Shown here: positions 38,817 through 50,149 of the stretch, piece by piece
Layout of the letters: each line of letters begins with the position of its first letter
How positions within the stretch are numbered: position 1 is the stretch's first letter
Assembly (NCBI RefSeq): GCF_006345805.1
Contig: NC_043009.1
Location: 65,782,001 to 65,846,000, forward strand
Source: Octopus sinensis
Lineage: Eukaryota
Reading direction: 5' to 3'
Length of the DNA stretch: 64,000 nucleotides
Notes under the pieces: generated by a model
Told to the model about the DNA's origin: nothing
What the model saw: the letters and a program-made list of their open reading frames with translations, nothing else
Databases searched by the model: none
Position numbers and translations under genes: made by a program

Positions 38817-39165
38817 GAAGGCGCATAGCTCAGTGGTTAGAGCGTCGAGCTTACGATCGTGAGGTTGTGAATTCAATTCCCAGACCGGGCTGCGTGTTGT
38901 GTTCTTGAGCAAGACACTTTATTTCACGTTGATCCAGTTCACTCAGCTGTAGAAATGAGTTGCGGCATCACTGGTGCCAAGCTGTATCATGACCTTTGCC
39001 TTTCCCTTGAATAACACTGGTGGCGTGGAGAGGGGAGGCCAGTATGCATGGGCGACTGCTGGTTGCTGGTCTTCCATAAACAACCTTGCCCGGACTTGTA
39101 CTTGGGAGAGAAACTTTCTAAGTGCAATCCCATGATCATTCCTAACCGAAGGGAGTCTCCTTATA
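38817..39165 (+). mobile_element. Full-length tRNA-derived SINE (family D, CORE-like)
   Basis: GGCGCATAGCTCAGTGGTTAGAGCG..AATTCAATTCCC; TTGTGTTCTTGAGCAAGACACTT; second copy on minus at 50150-50475. Confidence 0.85.
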
Positions 39166-39199
39166 TATATATATATATAATATATTATATATATATATA

Positions 39200-39359
39200 C
39201 CGGAGTAAACACCTAAATGTGAAACAAGGTGGAAAAAAGAGTACTCAAATACCAGTGGTATAGTAATATGGTTTATTTAAAGCAGCAGAAAATTCTACAA
39301 AACCTGTTACGCGAAACTGAGTAACAGGTTTTGTAGAATTTTCTGCTGCTTTAAATAAA

Positions 39360-39360
<1 letters not shown>
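39200..39360. repeat. TA-embedded element ending in a perfect 39-bp hairpin
   Basis: TTTATTTAAAGCAGCAGAAAATTCTACAAAACCTGTTAC (39272-39310), 10-nt loop, exact reverse complement (39321-39359). Confidence 0.92.
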
Positions 39361-39441
<81 letters not shown>

Positions 39442-39494
39442 GTTGTGATACATATATATATATAGAGAGAGAAGAGAGATAGAGGTGAGTGTCT

Positions 39495-39640
39495 TTCAGT
39501 TTCCATCTACCAAATCCACTCACAAGGCTTTGGGCGGCCCGAGGCTATAGTAGAAGACGCTCGACCAAGGTGCCACGCAGTGGGACTGAACTCGGAACCA
39601 TGTGGTTGGGATGCAAGCTTTTTACCACACAAGCACGCCT
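39495..39640 (-). mobile_element. SINE family A head/body
   Basis: CTTTCAGTTTCC.TCTACCAAATCCACTCACAAGGCTTT...GGAACCATGTGGTTGG. Confidence 0.8.
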
Positions 39641-39969
39641 GCGCGCGCACACAAACACACACACATATACACACGCGCATACACACAGAGTTTGATAAAC
39701 AGCATGCATGAAACTTTCAACCCCTGAGTCACTTACGTAACTTTATAGCTAATCAATAAAGAGAAACATATCTCTGTATGTGTGTGTGTGTGTGTGGTGT
39801 GTGTGTGTTGTGTGTGTAGGTTTGTGTGTGTGTGAGTTTATATATGTTAGAAGTGTGATAAGATCAAGTGTATCAATTATAATATGTATATAAAACTCAT
39901 ATATTATATATAAAGTGTCATATAGGTTCGTTTACGTGGACACACAGACATACATATACATTCGCGCAC

Positions 39970-40017
<48 letters not shown>

Positions 40018-40752
40018 CTCTCTTTTTCTCTCTCCCTCTCTCTCTCTTTTTTCTCTCTCGTCTATTTGATTGCTTACACGTTTGTGTGTGTGTGTTTGCG
40101 TTTCTGTGTTGCAAGTTAGAGACGTTTGTTTATCTTAACTATTGCGTCTTGTATTACTGTTGCATGGCGGCTTTGAATAGAGCGCGGCAATTGTGGTTTG
40201 CCGCCTGCTCAATACCAACAAGGAGCGAGCGTTCATTTATGTACAGGTACCATTCAGCGCTCCCCTTGTAGATTATAGAGATAGGAAACTCTGAATGGAA
40301 CTTGCACATAAGTGTAGATGACAGAGATTAGGTTTACGCGTGTGCCCAACGTCCTTGTTTGAGTTTGGAAGTTTTGAATGCAAATAAACTGTGACAACGG
40401 TTCGGGGTGTTCGTTCTTCTGATATCAATGCTGACACACACTTTGTGTACCTGTAGCCCTTAGGTTTCAATTTCTTTGAAGAAGAGTCTGGTAAATGAAT
40501 ACGCAAATATACGTGTGTGTGTGTGAGTGTGTGTGTGTGTGTGTATGTGTGTACACAAACACTTAACCGCAGGTCTGTGCCTGTATACATATGTAAGCAT
40601 TTATATGCATACATGTAGGTGCGTATATTTATATGAATTAATGTACGTATAAGTGTGTATGTTGTATGTATATATATATATATACATATATACATACAAT
40701 ACATACATATATACATACATACACAATACATATATATATACATACATACATC

Positions 40753-40792
<40 letters not shown>

Positions 40793-41762
40793 CACATACA
40801 TATATACATACTACATACATACATATATATATAATACATACATACATACATACATACATATACATACATATATATATATATATATATAATATATATATAT
40901 ATAATATATATATATAAATACAACACACACCGCGCGTGTGTTCCTGTATACAGACAGACAGAGAAAGACAAAGAATGTCAGTGTTGATTACATACAAGCA
41001 ATAAATGTAACAATTCATAAGTTACCCTATTGTTGAAATATTCTCGAAAACTTCGGTTCAGGTGTGGTTAATTGGAATTTGGTACTAAATTTTCTGTCAA
41101 ACATAACCGAGTGTCAACAACACATTCACCTTTGTGTGTGTTTGTGTATGAGCACGTCGATGGCTCTGTTTCTCTGTGTGTGTATGTCTGTATCTCATTG
41201 TACATTTGTACACACTCTCGAAACTTTAGCAAATTTCTAATATCTGAATGTATATGCAGCATAAACGCATACACTACACGGTATATCGACGTATACACAC
41301 TTGCACATGCGCTCTTATACACACACCCTATCTATCTTTATGTCCCTTTATCTCATGCACATACATCCCGCGGTGGCGACGTCAGTAAGGTATTGGGAAT
41401 TAAGCTCGGGAGGTCAGCTGTTCGTTTTCTGGCTGTTATTGCGTTGTATCATTGGTTAAAACGCCTCTCAACTGAGCTTGTTAGTGCACCCTTCGGTATA
41501 AGAGTGCTACAAGGCAAAACATATTCGCAGCTATAACAACGGTTGTAGTGAAATCTCGAAAGCTGTTTTGCGGAGCATTCGCCACTGGCGATTTGGTGTC
41601 TAACGGACATATATTTAACGTAGTTAATTTGCTTTCAAGGAACAGACACAAAAGAATAAGGCCTCTACACCTACGCGCAAATTATAACCAGCATCAGCAG
41701 TTTTAAAAACGAAGGACATGCTGGTTAGTGTAATATTAGACATATTATATCGAGAGATATAA

Positions 41763-41974
41763 AAAGGCGGCGAGCTGGCAGAAACGTTAGCGCGCCGGGC
41801 GAAATGCTTAGCGGTATTTCGTCTGTCGTTACGTTCTGAGTTCAAATTCTGCCGAGGTCGACTTTGCCTTTCATCCTTTCAGGGTCAATAAATAAAGTAC
41901 CAGTTTCGCACTGGGGTCGATGTCTGTCCTTGTTTGTCCTCTCTGTGTTTAGCCCCTTGTGGGTAGTAAGGAAA
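41763..41974 (+). mobile_element. Full-length SINE family B
   Basis: AAGGCGGCGAGCTGGCAGAAACGTTAGC...GAGTTCAAATTC...GCCCCTTGTGGG. Confidence 0.9.
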
Positions 41975-42721
41975 TATATATCTAGAGCTATAAAAGATAG
42001 TCCACGACTAGAACCAATTTGATTGTCCTTCTGCTGTCAGGATGACTAAATAAACAACAATAGCATCAGCAACAATCATGTTATGACCACTAAATCTTAA
42101 TTTCGCTGGACACCGAAGTACAAAAGTGACCTTTCAATGTCTATTATCAACACTCACCCCATTCAATAATGCTTCATAAGTGTGCAATTCAGGTGTGACT
42201 CAGAAATATATTATAAATCACATCATTTTAATCATTAACGATTTTAATCATTATCTCATTCAAACTTATAAAGCAAGGTATTTTTATCGCTTTTAAGGGC
42301 ATCAGACAAAGCCAAGACCCGTAAATACTAAGCGTTTTTGACTTTTTCTTGAACTACTGCGACGAATGTCTCCTGAAGATCCCTGTGCCTTATTACTGGA
42401 TACTGGTATAGAACCATGTTACGAGGAGTAACTAAATATTCTAACTGTATATCCTGCACCCGACGGTTCTTATGTTTATACTGACCATTCAAACATTTTA
42501 GCGTTATTTTTATTAAAGCTCTTGTAATATGTTATGCAACATCTCATATAATGTCCATAGACTCCATGAGAAAAAGCTTAGTTATTTGGAAGCTAGTCTT
42601 TTAACCCTTTCTCTGCGAAATTAATTTTCATGGTTATTTTAATAACGATGTAGAATATCTACAAAAAGAAAAAATATAGATTGTTTTTTCTGCAATCAAG
42701 TTCTCTCAATACACTTGACAT

Positions 42722-42890
42722 ATAGCTCTATATTTAAGAGATGAGGAATTATGTACATTATTTACATTATTTACATTTGACGGATATTTGTCTTCATCTT
42801 GTTTGTTGTTAACACAACGTTTCGGCTGATATACCCTCCAGCCTTCATCGGGTGTCTTGGGGAAATTTCGAACCTGAATTTCTTAACGTG
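42722..42890 (-). mobile_element. Headless copy of the hammerhead-bearing element (motif 42811-42856, core CCGATGA)
   Basis: Near-identical to 49431-49545 and 49870-50015. Confidence 0.85.
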
Positions 42891-43268
42891 TAATAATAAT
42901 ATTGATATGTTCGGCTTTTACAGTGATGATGGTTTATTTATTTTCTGCATTATCAAGAGCCATGCATTGGAGCCATCAAGAAGGGTTCAGTGACATGTTT
43001 TAAAATAATTTAAATACCACACTAGATACGATAAATAATTTCTAGTATATTATATAGGTGTTGGAAAATACTAAAAATACTTCCCATTTGGCAAACCGTA
43101 TGACATGTTGCTATATATTCGCAGAGATTCAAATCACCCTCAGACATCCACAACAAAGCTGAATTTCAAAAATTAGGAAGCACATATATATCTTTTTCTA
43201 TGACGATAAATTCGCTCCGTACTGTATATATGTGTGCGTGTATGTATATGTAGGAATATATGTATATA

Positions 43269-43533
43269 CAATAATCCCTCGACTATCGCGGGTGCTACGT
43301 TCCAAAACCCACCGCGATAGGTGAAAATTCGCGAAGTAGAAACAGTACTGACTGTATATATATATTTTTTTATTTTTATAATTTGTATATATTTATTTTA
43401 TTATAACTGTAAAACCACACTACAAAGAAATCGACGTAAGATTAAATAATAAACTCTGATAGGTGAACCGCGATTGGTGAACTATGATAGGTGAACCGTG
43501 ATAGGTGAACCACGATATGGCGAGGGATTTCTG
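43269..43533. mobile_element. TA-flanked MITE (Tc1/pogo-like)
   Basis: Termini CAATAATCCCTCG and CGAGGGATTTCTG, TA on both sides; internal GATAGGTGAAC repeats. Confidence 0.75.
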
Positions 43534-43646
43534 TATATAATTACACACATACATATATACATATATATACTCCCGGAAGGGATCCTTGCAAGATGTGCCG
43601 AAACAATTGTAGTGATACGTATCTTCCATCGTCCGCCTCTCATTTG

Positions 43647-43717
<71 letters not shown>

Positions 43718-43750
43718 TATTATGTATGTATGCGTGTATATTTGTAATTT

Positions 43751-43805
<55 letters not shown>

Positions 43806-44530
43806 ATATATGTATATACATATGTATTAATATATATATATATGTATATATATATTTATATATACATATATATAAATGCAAAAATACTGATATATATGTG
43901 TGCACACCTATATATTTGTGTGCGCGTGTGTGTGTGCGTGCGCATGTATGTTTGTGTGCATGTATGTATGCATTGACGCGTGAATGTGTGTGTGTGTACG
44001 TACGTACTAATTTATTATGCGTAGTTTTGTTTTACAAGATCCAAGAATTGACAGAAGACAAATAGATCGGCAGATTCTATCAAAAAGGTAACAAAATAGA
44101 CACACACACACGCTTATATACAAACACACACACACACACAAATACACACACTCACACATACACACATATATATATATTTATATTTATATATACACACACA
44201 CACTTCAGTATATATATACTCTATATATGGAGCAAAGTATAAGATTACCATTAATTATACATACCCGTATTTTTTTGCGTTTTTGTCGTTGAAGTTCAAT
44301 CGTTCATTGACACCGACGTTCGTAATTGATGTGTTTAGTTGCAATTAGTACTGCATGATTATCAGCCCCGACCCTTTTTTAATTTTAACCAGGGAATAAG
44401 AGAAAGAAGCCGGGGGTTTAGTAAAGGTAGGGAAGAGTTTTGTCCGACTTTGCGATCCGGCAGAGATTTTGGATGAAAACAAAAATACATTTTGGTGACT
44501 CCTTCGATCCTGACAGCGCGGAAAACATAT

Positions 44531-44945
44531 TTTATTTATTTTTATTTTTTTTTATCTAGTTTCAGCTCACAAGCTGTGGCCATGCTGGGGCACCGCCATT
44601 TGGTGTTGCTACATGATTTTACTTCACGAATGCTTTTTAGCAATTGCCATTTGGAGCATGAAAGAGTTCGATGCAGCTGCCCTCATCTGCACCTCCTGCC
44701 GTGAAGTTGGTTCATCTGGGACACCTGACAGGAAGAGATCCAGTTTCATTTTAAAGACATCTGCATCCACCCCATGCAGGTCTCTTAGGTTCTTCGGGAG
44801 GATATTGAAAAGCTGTGGGCCTCGGAAGCCCAGGCTATCACAGTATCTCGTCCTACATCTTGATGGCAAATTTGGAGTCCTTGGCCCTGTGCAGTGGCGC
44901 CCAGTTCAGGCATTTGTGTAACTCTCGATGCCAAAGTTATCTTTT
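44531..44945 (-). mobile_element. CR1/L2-group LINE 3' end
   Basis: SRCRTRYCDSLGFRGPQLFNILPKNLRDLHGVDADVFKMKLDLFLSGVPDEP..RAAASNS; short 3' UTR and (TAAAA)-type tail. Confidence 0.8.
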
Positions 44946-45039
44946 ATCTTTGGACTGATTGTATTTAAAGGCACCAATATATTCTAAAATTGAATGTGAG
45001 TTAATGTAAATAAACCTATAAATGTATTCCTGTTTCACG

Positions 45040-45200
45040 GCATTTCATTTTTCTTCCAACAACGGTAAAGTTAATGCCGGTTTCAAAATCTGGCACCAGA
45101 TCAGCAATTTCGAGGGAAGGAGGAACACAGGATGTAAAGACGGACGAAATGCCGCTAAACATTTTGTCCGGCGTGCTAACGATTCTGCCAGCTCTCCGCC
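45040..45200 (-). mobile_element. SINE family B, degenerate head
   Basis: ACGAAATGCCGCTAAACATTTTGTCCGGCGTGCTAACGATTCTGCCAGCTC.CCGCC. Confidence 0.7.
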
Positions 45201-45311
45201 ATAACAGTAAAACTAACATCGGCCAATGAATACAGTCAATCAGGTGTCTGGTGCCGATCTCTAATAATATTATCGCTATTATTATCATAAATATCTGAAG
45301 AAGCATTATTC

Positions 45312-45530
45312 TCTCTTTTTTACTTGTTTCAGTCATTTGACTGTGCCCATGCTGGAGCACCGCCTTTAGTCGAGCAAATTGACCCCAGGACTTATTCTTT
45401 GTAAGCCTAGTACTTATTCTATCGGTCTCTTTGCCGAACCGCTAAGTGACGGGGACGTAAACACACCAGCATCGGTTGTCAAGCGATATTGGGGGGACAA
45501 ACACAGACACACAAACATACAAACACACCC

Positions 45531-45583
<53 letters not shown>

Positions 45584-45889
45584 TTTATAATTAGGGTTCA
45601 GCAACGATTTGCTTCACCACATACCGAAGTTTAGTGCGTTGCGTGGTTTGTTTTCAAGTGCTTTGGTTTTTTCTGGGAACCCCCTTTAAAGTAGAAGGAA
45701 TAGCTAAGATTTTTTGACTGCTATTTCTAAACTTCGGTATGTGGTGAAGCAAATCGTTGCTGAACCCTAATCATAAAGTATTACTTAAGCTTACCATGAA
45801 ATGGTCCTTTCATGCCGAATTCTACTTGGTGAAATTACTGATTACTTCTTAAATAATTAATTTCACCCTTTGTTATTATATATATATAT

Positions 45890-45960
<71 letters not shown>

Positions 45961-46100
45961 CGACGGGCTTCTTTCAGTTTCCGTTTACCAAATCCACTCA
46001 CAAGGCTTTGGTCGGCCCGAGACTATAGTAGAAGACACTTGCCCAAGGTGCCACGCAGTGGGACTGAACCCGGAACCATGTGGTTGGTAAGCAGGCTATT
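45312..46100 (-). mobile_element. SINE family A split by an insertion in its internal (TA)n tract
   Basis: Tail 45312-45530, head 45960-46100, separated by TA runs and the 45582-45880 element. Confidence 0.88.
45582..45880. mobile_element. TA-embedded lead-plus-foldback element with 53-bp inverted repeats
   Basis: 45582-45634 versus 45727-45779, one mismatch, 92-nt spacer; unique lead to 45880. Confidence 0.88.
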
Positions 46101-47687
46101 TACACAGCCACTCTTACGCCTATTATATAGATGATTAAATTAATTTATATAATTGATTGATACCTATATTATCGATATAAGAAAATATGTGAACTACTAT
46201 TGATTCTAGCTAGATTTGAACTCCGGATAGAGAGTGTAAAGTCTTTTCGAGTCTAGGTTGGGCAGGGAATATTGGGTGTTGTAATGTCATTTTCATAACT
46301 TTCTAAATGAGAAATTGGAAACGCTACAAGCAAGAATCGAACCTACGTCACACAGTCGACACTTCGAGGGTTTAACACAAAGTTACGACGCTCGTGCTGG
46401 TTTATATGAATAATGTATATTATGCGTAGAAGTAAATATGTATTTTATGTGCGTATAGATGTATGCACGCATATAAATGCAGTTGTATGGATGCGTGTAG
46501 CTGGGTATGTAAATAGATATGTGCGTAAGTGTATACATTTATTATGCAAGCAATTATTTTTCATTCCATATATATATATGCGTATATATATATACATACA
46601 TATTCATATATAAATATTATTGTATCACTTTTGTTCTTTCTTCTTTATTTATTTTATACCTGTTCGCAAATGAAAAGATAAACTCGAAACGTTCTCACAA
46701 ATTCTCGGCTTGCTTCACAGCACCGTGTTGGCACGTGTGGTCCACAATGAGCGCCAAAGATCCACGAAGAAAATATCTAAGCCTAATCGAACTTATCCTA
46801 CCAGCAGCGCAAGGCCAAAGAATTCAAACCCTCATTACAGCTCGGGCACGTGTCCTGTCACGTGACTCTTCAGCCTGTACAACACCGATGACTTCCCAAA
46901 TAGATGGCACACTGTACACTGTATTGTTGAACATATATACTGATCGATACGGAAATATCGCACGCACACACGTTTTATATGTGCATGTGTGTGTGTAGGG
47001 GGTGTATACATATGTACACATACATATATATATATACGTACATATGTATGCACACGTACGTATATGCATGCATACATGCAAAACAACACATAGACATACA
47101 GACATGTACACGCACTTACGCAAATGCAGTGTTTAGTTCCGGCCCATTACGTTCTGAGTTCAAATCTTGTTCGTATCAGTTTTTCCTTTCATCTCTCTGA
47201 AGTTTATAAAAATAAATATCGGTTATTGTTTAACTTTAAGTCAGCGATGGATGAAGAGATCTATGATAAAGGACGTTCCAGCCGTGACAATTCGATAAGT
47301 TAAGAATCCTGTTATCCAATGTTTAAGATAGTAGAAGATTTGAGATAGTTTCGGCTTCTGTTTTTTGTTTTTTTATCAGGTACAGCAACCACGAAGACCC
47401 TTATTATCAGGTTCAGCAAACACATAAGTGCCCTTGCTTACCTGTGTTAATTCCTAAAAAGAAATACAGTCATTTACATGAATTCACTATATTTTGGAGA
47501 AATTGCTGTCGAATAAGCTGACAACTTTCGGTTGATCCGGGAAACGGATTCTCGCAGATTTTTTGTATCCAGGCAATTCAAAAAACGATTCAAGCTGAGC
47601 TACCGAAAATGAACAACAACAACAGGAGAGGGGTAAGACTTAATAATAATAATAATAATAATAATAGTAATGATAATAATAATAATA

Positions 47688-48172
47688 CATTGTTTTGTCT
47701 TAGTATAAAAGATGGGCTACAGCAAATATTCTGCTCAATACCACAGATTTGTTTGTCAGTTGTTTGGCCTTAATCAGTTGAGCATGTCCCTTAGTGGCTG
47801 ACGATATGTGCATCTCTGATCACGAGCAGAAGTAGTCGGGGAGCATCATAGCCGTGTGTTGAGGGGGATTCTTTGAAGTTTGAATAATTCACCTCTGGAA
47901 ACATAGGTGGTTCGTTCAACATCTTTGAACAACTCTTATTCAGGGACCTTTTGAGCGGGATGGGTTACTCAAGCAGAAGAAAATTCTAACTGGGCCCCAC
48001 CTGCAAGGTCATGCGCTGTTTATCTTGATATGAGATCACCATGTCGCGCACATATGGTTGTGATGCATGTGCCTAGTGTACCCTTATCAGACGGGTCGTC
48101 ATGACGGGTATACTAGGCTTCATATATTTTACCTCAGTGTCACTTTGATGGCATGCACTGCTCTCTCACTCA
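47688..48172 (+). mobile_element. 555-bp (TAA)n-associated element, 5'-truncated copy
   Basis: Aligns by eye to 5915-6398; (TAA)n on both sides. Confidence 0.85.
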
Positions 48173-48190
48173 ATCATAATAATAATAATA

Positions 48191-49172
48191 ATGTGTAAAC
48201 TAATGTCAGGTGCTTTGGCTGATGGTCTGTACAGATACTTGGAAAAAAGTGGGCTGCTACCCATTGAACAGAAAGGGTGCCGAAAAAGGAGCCGGGGAAC
48301 GAAGGATCAGCTCTTAATTGGTAATCTAATTATCAGGAACTGCAAGAGAAGACATACAAACGTGAGCATGGAATGGGTTGACTATCGCAAAACATACGAT
48401 ATGAAGCCACACTCCTGGATAATAAGAACAATGCGGCAAATAAAGAAAGATATTGGCTTCTTCAAAGCTGAATGCCAGAAACATAATTTTGGCAATAAAC
48501 TCACGCGCAGTCGCAGTAGTTCGGTATGGCGCTGGAATCCTGAAGTGGACAGAAGAGGAGCTAAAGGAGATAGACAGGAAGTCAAGAAATCTCCTAACGA
48601 TGCATGGAGCCCATCATCCACGCGCAGACACTGATCGCCTATACATGAAGAGAGCAAATGGAGGAAGGGACTGATAAGTGTGAAAGACTGCATGCGTATT
48701 GAACTCGAGAGCTTAATGAGATGATATCTAGCCCAAAGTAAGGAAACCGTGCCAGTGTCATTTAGGAACGAGGAAGTATTGAGAGCAGAGGGAAAAGGAA
48801 AAACAAAGGAAGAAGTACAAAAAGGACATGAAGAAGAATAATGCAACAGGGGACTACAGAAGTTGCTAGAAAAAATAGATGGGATTGACTGATGAAAGGA
48901 ACCTTAAAAAAAAGAGACCGAGAGCACTATGCTGGCAGTGCAAGCTTTGGCTACGAACTGAAGGGTCCGCCTTAAGAATGAGCAAATGGTTCTGCTGCGT
49001 TGCATCTACAATGGGGTGGATGAAACCATTGCCCATATCATGAATGAATGCTCTACACTTGCTCAAAATAATTACATGTTGTGGTGACGTAATCAGGTAG
49101 CGAAAGTGTTATATTGGAAATTACGAAAAGTGGGGGCTAGGGAGAGGTAAGACGTGGTATGAGCACAAACCA
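48191..49172 (+). mobile_element. Deleted and degenerate R4/Dong-type retrotransposon
   Basis: [40 protein letters not shown]; [28 protein letters not shown]; ETIAHIMNEC; WYEHKP. Confidence 0.88.
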
Positions 49173-49179
49173 TAGTAAT

Positions 49180-49295
49180 TTCGGAGAAGGGTTTAGTCGA
49201 TTACATCGATCCCAGTGTTCAACTGGTACTTATTTATATCAACTCTGAAACGATGAAAAGCAAAGGCGACCCCGACGGAATTTGAACTCATCGTA
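49180..49295 (-). mobile_element. SINE family B fragment
   Basis: GTCGATTACATCGATCCCAGTG..AACTGGTACTT..GGAATTTGAACTC. Confidence 0.7.
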
Positions 49296-49481
49296 TAAAG
49301 CTAGAAGAAGAAGAAGGAGAAGAAGAAAAGAAGAAGAGTCAGGTGTCTACAGACCAGGAAAAAGACGTGTTGCGCCTGACTTACAATGTCCGTCCAAGCT
49401 TATAACAACGCTACTGCAATTCCATCTCTTATTTACATTATTTACATTTGACGGATATTTGTCCTCATCTTATTTGTTGTT

Positions 49482-49527
49482 AACACAACGTTTCGGCTGA
49501 TATACCCTCCAGCCTTCATCAGGTGTC
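49482..49527 (-). ncRNA. Minimal type-I hammerhead ribozyme motif, intact core
   Basis: GACAC-CUGAUGA-A-GGCUG-(10 nt)-CAGCC-GAAAC-GUU-GUGUU: stem I GACAC/GUGUU, stem II GGCUG/CAGCC, self-complementary ACGU stem III. Confidence 0.75.
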
Positions 49528-49576
49528 TTGGGGAAATTTCGAACCTGGGTTCTCATTCCTAAGGTATTTTTCGATG

Positions 49577-49649
<73 letters not shown>

Positions 49650-49650
<1 letters not shown>

Positions 49651-49722
49651 CTCATTGCCCGGAATCGAACTCGGAATCTTGGGGCTAGTAGCTCGCACTC
49701 TTAACCACTACGCCATATGCCC
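49650..49722 (-). promoter_or_regulatory. tRNA-like head with Pol III box A/box B (not a functional tRNA)
   Basis: TGGCGTAGTGG (A box) and GAGTTCGATTCC (B box); mirror copy at ~49726-49797 on plus. Confidence 0.75.
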
Positions 49723-49797
49723 ACGACCATAAGGTGTAGTGGTTAAGAGCACGGGCTACTAACCCCAAGATTCCGAGTTCGATTCCAGGTAGTGTCC

Positions 49798-49840
<43 letters not shown>

Positions 49841-49892
49841 CAAAATTGAAAAATACCTTAGGAATGAGAACCCAGGTTCGAAACTTCCCCAA

Positions 49893-49938
49893 GACACCTG
49901 ATGAGGGCTGGAGAGTATATCAGCCAAAATGTTGTGTT
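49893..49938 (+). ncRNA. Hammerhead motif copy with mutated core (GAAAC changed to AAAAT), probably inactive
   Basis: GACAC-CTGATGA-G-GGCTG-loop-CAGCC-AAAAT-GTT-GTGTT. Confidence 0.6.
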
Positions 49939-50149
49939 AACAACAAACAAGATGACAAATATCCGTCAAATGTAAATAATGTAAATAATGTAAATAATTC
50001 CACATCTCTTAAATATAAAACTGAATTCCGTCTCTGGTTTAAGGACTCAAGGAAGGAATAACGGAAGAAAGGAAAGGATGCGTGAGTGTGCACATATTCA
50101 AACGACGCCCATACATGTATGTGTTTGTATGTGTGCATATATAACAAAA

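Larger units (their letters stand above)
49431..49998. mobile_element. Head-to-head inverted dimer of a tRNA-head + (TAA)n + hammerhead element (putative Penelope-type SINE/retrozyme)
   Basis: Left arm 49431-49722 (minus) and right arm 49726-49998 (plus) are reverse complements apart from scattered substitutions and microsatellite length. Confidence 0.9.

Noticed and set aside
49650-49797. Two tRNA genes
   Set aside because: Acceptor stems do not pair fully and both run into (TAA)n and a shared repeat body; they are SINE-type heads. The same applies to heads at 7789, 38817 and the family A/B copies.
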